Source: Epithemia pelagica
Taxonomy: Eukaryota > Protista > Bacillariophyta
Assembly (NCBI GenBank): GCA_946965045.2
Contig: OX337228.1
Coordinates: 6,572,001-6,636,000, forward strand
Length of the DNA: 64,000 nt
Direction of reading: 5' to 3'
Below are positions 35,569 to 45,754 of this stretch, in pieces. How positions within the stretch are numbered: position 1 is the stretch's first letter; each line of letters starts with the position of its first letter. The translations under genes and the position numbers were made by a program. The notes under the pieces were generated by a model, which saw only the letters and a list, made by a program, of their open reading frames with translations, searched no databases and had not been told where the DNA came from.

Positions 35569-36203
35569 CTGTGTGTCACTTGGAACCCTATTCAAGGTCC
35601 TTTTCGTAGAGATACGAGATTCCAATTTCCACCCGCTGCACGCAAACACACAAACATACATGCCTTTTTGTTTGTCTCTCGAACAGCAACAGGGAATCGC
35701 TTCCCCGAGCATACACCGTCCCTTGTGTGCGTGTGTCAATGTCTCCACGGGTCCAACACCGAGTTTGGGTGGTAATATCGTTGTCATTGTCATTGTCGTC
35801 TGTTTCATGACGACGACGACGACGATGGTGCAAAATCTTTACGTGTGGCCAAATACTTGTCCAACAAGTGTTGATCGGATGTAATGGGAGCATATTTGGG
35901 TGGATTGTCTTTGTCATCGCAACAGGTCGCCAGAATCGTAGAAAAAGGGAATGGAATATCGGTCCTGGTTGTGGTTGGCCAGTGTGGTTGTTTCTGGATT
36001 CAAAATGACGCGATGGACCGTGGATCGATACAATCCATTGGTCCATCGTTCCAGCATGTCTCCCAAATTCACGACAAAGCAATCGGATCGCGGTGGTACA
36101 GGGATCCATTCCTGAGCTTTACTCAACACTTGCAAGCCTGGTTGATGATCGGTCCACAACAAGGTGAGCATCCCATACTCGGGCATCCCATAATCGGAAT
36201 GAG
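35569..36203 (-). pseudogene. Truncated duplicate of the 2OG-Fe(II) oxygenase gene (3' half plus 3' UTR)
   Basis: High identity to ~40618-41272; lacks the 5' half; small duplication after HSDYGM; deletion/frameshift after PFFYD. Confidence 0.85.
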
Positions 36204-36519
36204 AGATGACAGGAGGAGCAAGAACCACGACATCAATGATTCGCATCAGCACGCCGAATCGCCGGGTGGTACAAGTAGTAGTTGTTGTTGTTCCATGGTG
36301 TTGATCTTGTCCTGTTGTCCAGACGAGATTGCACCAGCAGCAGCATCACGCTCCGACACGGAACAACAACAACCAGGACAGTATCCCTTCGACACCATGA
36401 TCCAATCCATTCGACAGGAAATTACTGCCACGACAAACAACAACAAGGCATCTCATCCTCCTCCGACCATAGTACCGGATCCTGTTACAAAACCACACCA
36501 CAGAGCAGCAGCGGTCTAA

Positions 36520-36720
36520 TCTTGCATGAATTGGAACTGAATAATTTCACCTTGCAGGATGTGACACAATTAGTGTCTCAAGTGGTCCACACCGACCACA
36601 GGAACACTGGATCGGAAGAAATTCGAGCCTTGGCCCATCTCATTTATCAAAATACGGCCGGTATCCATGGAGTGTTCATCAAGTGCTGGAATGGTTGCAA
36701 CAGGAAGCCAAAGGCTTGTC
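36520..36720 (+). pseudogene. Fragment resembling a STAND/AAA ATPase (post-NTPase helical region)
   Basis: ELELNNFTLQDVTQLVSQVVH...LAHLIYQNTAG resembles the 'L..L..eev..lv....LaelI...T.GNP' pattern; breaks down after this. Confidence 0.45.
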
Positions 36721-36859
36721 CTCCTCCCAAGACCGTACCAGTTGTGAAAACAAGAACAACAACAACAACAATCGCGATATGCTGATTGATTCACTATCTG
36801 TTTGGTTGGGTTCGGATCATCATGTGGCCCAACAAGTTGCCCTCAGCATCTCACTTTGA

Positions 36860-37020
36860 ATCAAGCTTTGGTCGACGATCGAAGGATTGTCGTGGACTTT
36901 TCACAATCCGTGGCCAAATTGTGGGATCGACATCGACAACGATATCGATCAAAACAACAACAACAACATTCGAAACGAGCACCATCGTCGGGTTGTCACA
37001 AACGACCTCGGCATGTATGA
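36860..37020 (+). pseudogene. Fragment of a PPIL4/Cyp59-type RRM C-terminal end
   Basis: NQALVDDRRIVVDFSQSVAKLWDR matches the PPIL4 RRM end (DDRRIxVDFSQSV); no cyclophilin domain nearby. Confidence 0.65.
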
Positions 37021-37456
37021 TACTGTTACTCCGCAAACTCGTATGTAGAGAGTGGAAGCCCACAAAACCACTGTAAAACACGAGATAGACCCAATAAACA
37101 TGTGATTCTCGCGTTGCCAAATTTTCGTCACCCTCAGTTTCGAAGTTAGGATGTTTTCTTCTTTTTTGTTTTGTTGTTGTTGTTGTGTCGTCGTCGTCAT
37201 CGACTTGCTCTTGTTCTTGTCGTCGTCGTCTTGGTTGGCCGTGTCCTCTTGGACCGCTTGAGTGCTGCCGACCATTGCGCCGCAGAGGTACCTGCAACAT
37301 TGCCCGGACGGTTGATTGTTGTGCTGCTCTAAACCGGCCCCGCTGCCTCGCACCTCCAGGGTCCGATCGCCAATCAACACGAAACGCCAACAACAACAAC
37401 ACGCAGCAATCCAACACGCACAAAAACAAAATACGATTGAAATACGATTGACAACG

Positions 37457-38767
37457 ATGTGTGATATCTACGAAATATTGTCGAACTTACTCATGCTCCA
37501 TTTGGAGCTGATGAAATGGGCTGAGTTCTGTGCTCCTTTTGTGGTGATAAGTGTGCTTTTCGGCTTCGCTTACGCCTTGCATGAGTCGGTGATTCGGTCG
37601 GAACAGCTTGACAAGAAACGCCGAGCAACAATCCGTAAGCAACAAAAAGAAATTGCAGCGAAGGATGGAGCCTACAAGAAGCTTCGTCGCGAGAATGCGG
37701 CGCTTCGAGTGAGGAAAGTGCGGTCTGGCCGAAAGCTTCGACGCGAAAATGCTCAGCTTCAACAACAGCTTTCTGTTGCCGAAGCAAAGCTTGCTGCGAA
37801 GCAACGCGAGAATGGTCGCCACGAGGATGGAGAGATCGAGATTCGCGATCCCGAGGAGGAGGTCGACGTCGACATTGTTGCTGTTCTGCCTTGCGAGTTC
37901 GACGCTGACTTGGACTTCCCTCCTCTCGCACTCGCAGACGATCTCGAGGACGACGAGGAGACCCCTCCAGTTCCAGTCGACCGTCCTGAGCCGGAGCCCG
38001 AACCCGCGCTCCCTGACGACGACGACGAGATCACTTTTGGGCACGACTCACCCCCTCGAAATTCCACCCCTCCTTCCCCCACCCCCACCCTAAAAGATAC
38101 CTCGCCCTCGCCTGGCATGGATGAGAATGCCCCCCAAAGCGTGATCGAGAGTTCCTCCGGCCCCGAGGACTCCTCGCGTTTGGGCAGGATCGTTGCTGTT
38201 GCTTACTCCAAAAAGGCACGCCGAATGGTGCACGTTCGACGATCCGCTCGTCTTTTGTCCGCGGGTACGGGTAACATGTCGGTTGTCGGTTGCCAGTGGT
38301 ACGTGCGCACGGTCGTGTCGGTAATGAATCTTTCCTCTACTCATCCTACTCACTCTACCCCTTCTTCTGTTTCTACCGATTGCAAAATTCGACTCCTACT
38401 CCTACATCAGCTGAGTCTAGCTCGAGTCCTTGTCGGAGATGTCCTTGTTGGTTTGTTGGTTTGTTGGTGTGTTGGTGTTTGTGTGTTGGTGTGTTGGTGT
38501 GTTGGTGTGTTGGTGTGTTGGTGTGTTGGTGTGTTGGTGTGTTGGTGTGTTGGTGTGTTGGTGTGTTGGTTGTCGGTGTGTTGGTTGTCGGTGTTATCAC
38601 AAAACCCTGGTGGCACGAGGACTTTGTCCTTGTGTCACCAGGTATGGCATGGAGACTTCGGTCTCTGTGCCATCACAAAATCCTGGTGGCACGAGGACTT
38701 TGTCCTTGTGTCATCAGGTATGGCATGGAGACTTCGGTCTCTGTGCCATTTGGGAAGAGTGCCATAG
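37457..38767 (+). CDS. Hypothetical TM + coiled-coil + Pro/acidic protein; 3' end reads through repeats
   Basis: TM FVVISVLFGFAYAL, coiled coil with KLRRENA twice, VRRSARLL motif; the tail derived from the microsatellite is probably not real. Confidence 0.5.
   Translation: MCDIYEILSNLLMLHLELMKWAEFCAPFVVISVLFGFAYALHESVIRSEQLDKKRRATIRKQQKEIAAKDGAYKKLRRENAALRVRKVRSGRKLRRENAQLQQQLSVAEAKLAAKQRENGRHEDGEIEIRDPEEEVDVDIVAVLPCEFDADLDFPPLALADDLEDDEETPPVPVDRPEPEPEPALPDDDDEITFGHDSPPRNSTPPSPTPTLKDTSPSPGMDENAPQSVIESSSGPEDSSRLGRIVAVAYSKKARRMVHVRRSARLLSAGTGNMSVVGCQWYVRTVVSVMNLSSTHPTHSTPSSVSTDCKIRLLLLHQLSLARVLVGDVLVGLLVCWCVGVCVLVCWCVGVLVCWCVGVLVCWCVGVLVCWLSVCWLSVLSQNPGGTRTLSLCHQVWHGDFGLCAITKSWWHEDFVLVSSGMAWRLRSLCHLGRVP
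38483..38570. repeat. (GTGTTGGT)11 octamer microsatellite with degenerate flanks
   Basis: 11 exact 8-mers counted directly. Confidence 0.95.
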
Positions 38768-39010
38768 TTGCCCCTGGAGAATCCATTGATTCCTCCAGGC
38801 TTCCCAAATTTCACAAAACCCTGGTGGCACGAGGACTTTGTCCTTGTGTCACCAGGTATGGCATGGAGACTTCGGTCTCTGTGCCATCCCAAAATCCTGG
38901 TGGCACGAGGACTTTGTCCTTGTGTCACCAGGTATGGCATTGAGACTTCGGTCTCTGTGCCATTCGGGAAGAGTGCCATAGTTGCCCCTGGAGAATCCAT
39001 TGATTCCTCC
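38598..39010 (+). repeat. Higher-order tandem array (A-A'-B)x2, period 214 bp, built of hairpins
   Basis: 76-bp A units at 38598, 38674, 38812, 38888; 47-bp B units at 38750 and 38964; each A unit has two stem-loops. Confidence 0.95.
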
Positions 39011-39254
39011 GCTTCCCTACCAGCTGTATTTAAGTGTTGGGTTGATCGATAACGAGTGGATTAGTGTTTCGGCTAAAATGTTTCTATATAACATGTAGTG
39101 GTAACAATAGCAAGTGGAACATTTGAACATGCACGACAACATTGCTGACTAGTGATTCCTAGGAGTAGTCGACAATCAGAGAGGATAAATGGTAATTGCT
39201 GTTTAAGTGGCTGAAGCTACTTCATGTGCTTCTTTGTGAGCTTTCTTGCCTTCC

Positions 39255-39965
39255 CTACACCAGCGCGACCCTTCTTTTTCTCCTCTGCCTCTTCACTTTC
39301 GCTGGACTGTTCCGCAGCATGGTCCCCGCCACCAAAGGATCCCGTGACGCGTCGTCGTCGTTGAGGTCGTGATTCCCAAGGTCGCATTCCTCAATGTCAT
39401 CTTCTTCTTCGTTTGCTGGGTCCTCCTCATCCCGGGTGGTTGTCGTGGTCTCTTGTTGTTGCTGCTGCTGCAGCAGACGCGCCGATCGTCGGTGTCCGTC
39501 GTTGGGGTGGACCGCTGCTTGTGCTTGTACTTGTTTGTGCGAGGCTTGCCGCTTCTTGCTCTTGGTTTGGGCTGATGCGTCCCGGCGTTTTGTGGTGGTT
39601 CCTTTTCGAGCTTTTTTGGATGCGGCCGCCTTTTTTCGCTCTTGCTTTTCTTTCTTGTCTTGCTCTTGTTGCCACAGCGTCGCGAGTCGTTCTTGTTGCA
39701 ACGTGTATTCCTCCCGCAACAATTCCAGTTCCTGCTCCTCGTCGTGGACATGGCGTTGCAATCGTATCAGGCATTGATGCGTTTCCACCATTTGGTTCTT
39801 GGGAATAGTGTCATCGTTGTCCTTGTGGTTGTCGTCATTCTCCTGGAGTAAATGACGCGTGCCTATGGTCGAATCGACCGCATAGGGATGCTTCCAATCG
39901 GGAGTGACAATCTTGTCCGTCTCCTGATTCTTCTTGGTGGGTGGCTTTTTCTGATAGTCCTTCAA
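39255..39965 (-). CDS. Hypothetical coiled-coil/basic low-complexity protein, probably 5'-truncated
   Basis: Open frame begins at TTG with no upstream ATG; coiled coil, K-rich segment, RRSARLL, C-terminal KRQRRKRR. Confidence 0.45.
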   Translation of the reverse strand: MKDYQKKPPTKKNQETDKIVTPDWKHPYAVDSTIGTRHLLQENDDNHKDNDDTIPKNQMVETHQCLIRLQRHVHDEEQELELLREEYTLQQERLATLWQQEQDKKEKQERKKAAASKKARKGTTTKRRDASAQTKSKKRQASHKQVQAQAAVHPNDGHRRSARLLQQQQQQETTTTTRDEEDPANEEEDDIEECDLGNHDLNDDDASRDPLVAGTMLRNSPAKVKRQRRKRRVALV

Positions 39966-40566
39966 AACGAGATAGATACACGTTCCGTTTGCTGTTAGCC
40001 ATTATCTATGGCGATTGGCAAATGGCCGAGATGATTGTGGGAGTTATGGAGCACTTCTTGTACCAAGACTTTTTGTTGGTACGAGCCGAGATGACACGCC
40101 TCTTGGTGGCATTGGCGGCCTTTTGTTGTTCCAATCAACACAATTCGCAGAGCAAGACCATGTGTTCCATGGGGAAGAAAATTATGAAAACATACGAGGA
40201 ACATGTCAAGAAAGGCAGTATCAATGCGCTTCCCATGTATCTCAAGCTGGCGGCCGTCGAGGATCCGAGCAAGGAACGATACGAAAACGCCATCCGCATA
40301 TGCTGTAAAATGGGGATTCTGCATTATGCAGCAATCATGTGCGAACAAGCTGCGCAGTACTTTCGACATGCCAAAGACAATGAGTGGACCGACTACGATA
40401 TCCGGGAAGCCTTGTCCTTGTACTGCGATTGGGGTGCGGAAGGAAATGCTTACCAATTGGCTCAACAACATGAAACTTTGTTTGCGCATGAACTTTCCTT
40501 GTTAAGCAGTGGCACCAAAAGCGACAATCAGGCATGTGTCTTTGCCGTGAAGGGACGTACACGATA
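39962..40566 (+). pseudogene. C-terminal helical/TPR-like fragment of a STAND/AAA ATPase-type family
   Basis: YENAIRICCKMGILHYAAIMCEQAAQYF...ALSLYCDWGAEG resembles the 'Y..AI..a...g..h.eAla.E.A......A...Y..WGA' tail; no 5' part attached. Confidence 0.55.
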
Positions 40567-40867
40567 CTCAGCATCTCACTTTGAGTCCTTACAAGACCTT
40601 GACTGGAATCTGTTGTACTGTGTGTCACTTGGAGCCCTATTCAAGTTGCCAGCGAGCTCCTTTTCGTAGAGATACGAGATTCCAATTTCCACCCGATGCA
40701 AGCAAACACACACACATGCCTTTTTGTTTGTCTCTCGAGCAGCAACAGGGAGAATCGCTTCTCCGAGCATACACCGTCCCTTTTGTGTGCGTGTGTCAAT
40801 GTCTCCACGGTTCCAACACCGAGTTTGGGTGGTAATGTCGTTGTCATTGTCATTGTCGTCGTCTGTT

Positions 40868-41992
40868 TCATGACGAAGACGACGATGGTGCAAAATCTTG
40901 ATGTGTGGCCAAATATTTGTCCAACAAGTGTTGAACGGATGTAATGGGAGCATATTTGGGTGGATTGTCTTGATCATCGCAACAGGTGGCCAGACATTCC
41001 ACGACGGTATCAAAGCTGGGATCGTAAAAAAAGGGAATGGAATATCGGTCCTGGTTGTGATTGGCCAGTGCGGTTGTTTCTGGGTTCAAAATGACACGAT
41101 GGACCGTTGATCGATACAATCCATTGGTCCATCGTTCCAACATGTCTCCCAAATTCACGACAAAGCAATCGGCACGCGGTGGTACAGGGATCCATTCCTG
41201 AGCTTTACTCAACACTTGCAAGCCTGGTTGATGATCGGTCCACAACAAGGTGAGCATCCCATAATCGGAATGAGCGCCACAGGCAAATCGACCGTGCTGG
41301 ATATTACTCGGCAGAGATCCATCGTAATGCAAGAGTCTCAAGGTGGCCAAGGGATGAGCATGAAAAAACTCGTGAAAATAGTCTTGGGGTAACTGTAACG
41401 ACAAGGCCAGCAGCTGTACCACGCGATAGCCCAGGGCACACATGCTCGTATAATACTCTTGCATCACGGAACGAAAGTGAGGCAAAACGGTTGGATCCGG
41501 CCATTGATTGGGACCACGCAATTTGGCTGCAACACACACATGCACAAAAGTCAAACAAAGGGAGGAGAAAAACAAAAACGGATGCATTCATATGTTAGAT
41601 TGATGTATTTGTTGGATGGATTGAAACCATGAGTGATTGTATATTTACCAGGATTGTAGAGGGGATTGTCCGTGGCAATCTCGGGTCCAATATAAAAGCC
41701 CTCCTTGGTATCTCCTTCAGTTTGATGCTGAGGATCCAAGGTTTCTTCTTGCATGGCGGTATATCCTCGAGACAATATGGGATCGGACAAGGCTTGTTTG
41801 TCCGTCAGTGGCAAGTCAAACAAGGCCTTGGTTTGATCCATGGCCGCTTGCAACAATTGGGCATCCATACCATGATGTTGCAAATAAAAAAAGCCATGCT
41901 CGATGCAAGCGTGTCGAATTTGTTTGGCAATCACGGACGCCTGATTCTGGTTGTCGAATAACGAAATAATGGGAATGGAGGGTGATGATGAC

Positions 41993-42075
<83 letters not shown>

Positions 42076-42102
42076 GGTCTTTGGAGCAGTAGTGGATGCC
42101 AT
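40868..42102 (-). CDS. 2OG-Fe(II) oxygenase (IPNS/DIOX_N family) with N-terminal poly-Ser; intron 41527-41648
   Basis: IPIISL, ACIEHGFFYL, RGY, DTKEGFYIG, P|AKLRGPNQWP, LRLLHY, HSD...H...RYS facial triad and 2OG motif. Confidence 0.93.
41984..42073. repeat. (GAT)~30 microsatellite encoding poly-Ser on the minus strand
   Basis: Direct reading; one GAC interruption. Confidence 0.95.
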
Positions 42103-42647
42103 GCTTTTTCACGAGAACACCTTCTTCTTCAAGGTGAAATCGGTCAAAGAGCAAGAAATAAAATGCGAGACAAAAGTAAAGCTTGATTCTGAGAAACAGA
42201 GGTGCAAAAGACGATCGAAAAAAGATCTGGAACGGAATCCAACGTATCGAATGAATATTATTACTCCCAAGATGGATATAGCAGTCGCGCTTGGATGGAT
42301 TGTGTAATCGAAAAAATTATGAAAATACTCCCGTCATTCCCTATCTATGCATCCACGCTTAAGCGTAGTCTATTGTCTGAACGAAAATCAATCTCCCGCC
42401 AACACTACACTTCAGAGGTCCAGATTCTGATTCTGACTGTCACCACATATACGTCCGAAAAGACCTTGACACTTTTCGAACGTTTCGAACCGCTGGGAAT
42501 ATTATGACGCAGGGCAACTCAACCCCATCTTGCAAACCCAACAATACACTGAAAAAAATCGCCAAACCCAACACAACAACAAGGCGGACGTTAGGTTTGT
42601 TGGGGGCAGGTCTTCCCTCCTCATTATCACATCATTATCATTACACG

Positions 42648-45526
42648 ATGGAACAACCACCACCACCACGCATCAAGAGTATTTGGCCGGTCCGTCTCTC
42701 TCCCACGACAGATCTGCCAGGTACCAACAGCTCCAAATTGATCAAAACCTCCATTTGGCAAGACGCCAAACAACAAACAAGTTTGACCTCGAGTCAATTG
42801 AGTCGCAAAGTGGTCGAATCCACCGCCGAATGGATGCTCAAAATTGTACGACGGGCTCAACCAGAGGCGGAAGAGCAACAACAAGAAGAAAAGACTCTGG
42901 CCTCGACGGTTGTGATTGTAAGTTATGGCAATGGCTACGAAACACTGTGTTTGGTGGATGGAGCCGACTTGCCCGAAGCCAATCTGGAAACCTTGCCCCG
43001 TGTGGGTGTTAATGTTGTGGTGGCTAGTATCCAATCCGATCCGGTCACGCGTCTCGACGAGTACGGCGTCGTGACGCCTCAAGATGTCATTGTCGATCAC
43101 TTGACCGAAGGATTGGCCTCCTGTCCCGAAGGGGTCTGCGTCTTTTTGCATACCACGTTGGACCACAATGATCATGGCAGTGGGTCCTGGAATGATACTA
43201 CTAGTAGTAGGGAGGCGGAGGGAAACGACGAATCCAACAATGACAAGACAGATCGCAATCACATTGTGCGCCTGTGGTCTCGACCCAACGATCGATATGC
43301 CGTCCAACACATGCAACGATTAAAACACGAAGAACAAGACTTTTGTCCACCCTCGTCCGACTTACCACCCGTGCTCCTGCAAAAACAAGAAACACCCGCA
43401 ACAACAACAACAACAACGACAAAGAGAAAGAGGAGTAGCAGCAACAACAGCAGTACGCCACGAGCCGCCAAGAAGCAAGTCTTGGTGGCCAGACGTTCGA
43501 CCAGAATTTCGGCTCCCGAACGACCATCCTCGCCTCTGGACGATTCCGACCAAGATGTGCCAAACAGCCGTCGTAACAGCAACAGCAGCACGCCAAGATC
43601 CTCCAAGAAGAAACCAGACAACAACAAGAACAACGACAAAAAGGCTGTGGGAACTGTGAACTCGCAAAGCGATTCTTCGGAGGATTCGTCCACCTCCTCC
43701 AACCACAACAAAACAACCAAGAAAACAAAAAAGAGTGAAGTCACGATTGCTCAAGAACCATCCCGCATCATTGTCATTCCGGCAGGACAACGACGATCTC
43801 CCGTCAAGCGAACCATTCCAGTCGAAAAGTCATCCGCCGCCGCCGCCGCCAAGTCCTCCGCAACCAAGAAGCAAAGTGTGGGGACCACTCGTACCAAAGA
43901 GGCCGCCAAAGCATCGACTCCCCGTTCCATTCTCAAAACCTCCAACAACAACAAGAACGCCAATAAGGATCCAACCGCACATGAGAGCGAAGATGACGTA
44001 GGTTCGACCGAAAAAACTCTCGGCACAAAACGGAGGGCTGCCAAAGATCCACAAACAAACTACCATGAAGATACAGAAAGTGAAATGGGGTCGCCCGAAC
44101 CACCGCCTACACCACCCACGCAAAAGAAACGAGCTAGTGTGGAAACTAAAAAGAGGGCTGCTTCCAAGGAACCCGTCAAGGAGAACCATGAAGATTCGGA
44201 CAGTGAAATGGGTTCTCCAGCAGAACCACCGCCTACACCACCCACGCAAAAGACTCCAGAGAACAAGGGAAAACAGGTGTCTTCACTCACCAAGGGAAAG
44301 GCAGCAGCATCACGTCCTCCGACTTTGGAAGAGTTTAGCGCCTTGGTCGAGAAAATGAAGAAGGAACTTGCTGGTGCTCCACCGCCTACACCACCCACTC
44401 AAAAGAAACGGGCAAGTGCGGACACCAAAACGAGGGCTTCCTCCAAGGAACCAATCAAGGAGAACCACGAAGATACAGAGAGTGAAAGGGGGTCACCCGG
44501 ACCACCGCCTACACCACCCACCCAAAAGAAACGGACAAGTGCGGACACGAAAAAGAAGACTTTGAAAGAACAACGAGACGCGCAAAAAAACAAACACAAG
44601 GATGACGATGACAATGAGAAATCGTCAAAGCAACCGGCACGGAAACAGACAAGTGCAGCAAAGAGAAAGATGGCCCTCAAGGACCAAGATCAAGAGGAGA
44701 ATAAAGAGAGCAATGACAATGCGAGTTCGTCAAGACAACCCAAACCCAAAAAGATGGCTACAGAGACTTTGAAGAGGGCTTCGAAGGAACAAGACAACGA
44801 CAACCACGAAGATACTGAAAGTGAAATGGGTTCACCAGTACGACCCACACAGAAAAAGGCAAGTCCATCCATAGAATCATCACAGAAAAAGGCAGCTCCG
44901 AAGAGAAAGAAGGAAACTCCAAATAATCAAAACCAACAGGAAGACAGTGATAGCGATTCGTCAAAAGAAGCTACACAAGAAAGGGAGACTCCAGAGAACA
45001 AGGGAAAAAAGGTGTCTTCAGTCAGCGAGGGAAAGGCAGAAGCATCACGTCGTCCGACTAGGGAAGAGTTTAACGCCCAAGTAGGGGAATTCAAGAAGCA
45101 ACTTGCTGCTGGTGCTCCCCCGCCTGCAGCGAATGACGATGAAAAAGCCACCCTTGGCTTTGCACCACGGGAAGTGCTTCTGCTGAATCGGTACGTTATA
45201 CAGTACAAGTTGGGAATGAATGACCCTGTGTAACTCACTTTTCTTGCTTTTGATATATGTTCAGTGCGTTTGAAAACAAAATGGAAGAACCAGAGTACAA
45301 ACGCAAGACCAGAGACAAACGGTCAGGCAAAGCTCTTTATTCTATAACCGATATACGGCACGCCAATAAAGTGTTGAAAGCTCTCGACAAGGAAATGGTG
45401 GAAATCCGCAAAGTCCAGAAGAAACTAGCGGCGGAGAGATTGAAGGCAGAGAAAGCCGCTACGAAAAGGCCGCCAGGGCGTCCGAAAGGATCCAAAAACA
45501 AGAAACCAAGGGTTGTAAAAAAGTGA
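42648..45526 (+). CDS. Large low-complexity nuclear protein with PPPTPPTQK repeats and a C-terminal AT-hook; intron 45191-45264
   Basis: Four PPPTPPTQK copies; splice LNR|AFENK joins ORF 45257-45526 ending PGRPKGSKNKKP. Confidence 0.75.
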
Positions 45527-45754
45527 TGATGTAATACTAGTACTTGCAATAGGTTGTAGTTGAAGTATAGTCTGTGTCGGTTTGCCCGCAGTGAAACGAC
45601 TCGCGTCACCCCTCTCGGCGTCCGAAAGGATCCAAAAACAAGAAACCAAGGGTTGTAAAAAAGATGATGTAATACTAGTACTTCCAATAGATTGTAGTTG
45701 AAGTATAGTCTGTGTCGGTTGGCCCGCGGTGAGACGGCTCGCGTCACCCCTCTC
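45478..45754. repeat. 140-bp tandem duplication spanning two convergent 3' ends
   Basis: GCGTCCGAAAGGATCCAAAAACAAG...CGCGTCACCCCTCTC starts at 45478 and 45618. Confidence 0.92.

Noticed and set aside
38598-39010. CRISPR-like array
   Set aside because: Units are contiguous with no unique spacers, there are no cas genes, and the context is eukaryotic
38290-39052. Several ORFs with VLVCWC / HQHTNTP repeats
   Set aside because: These are translations of the octamer microsatellite and the hairpin array
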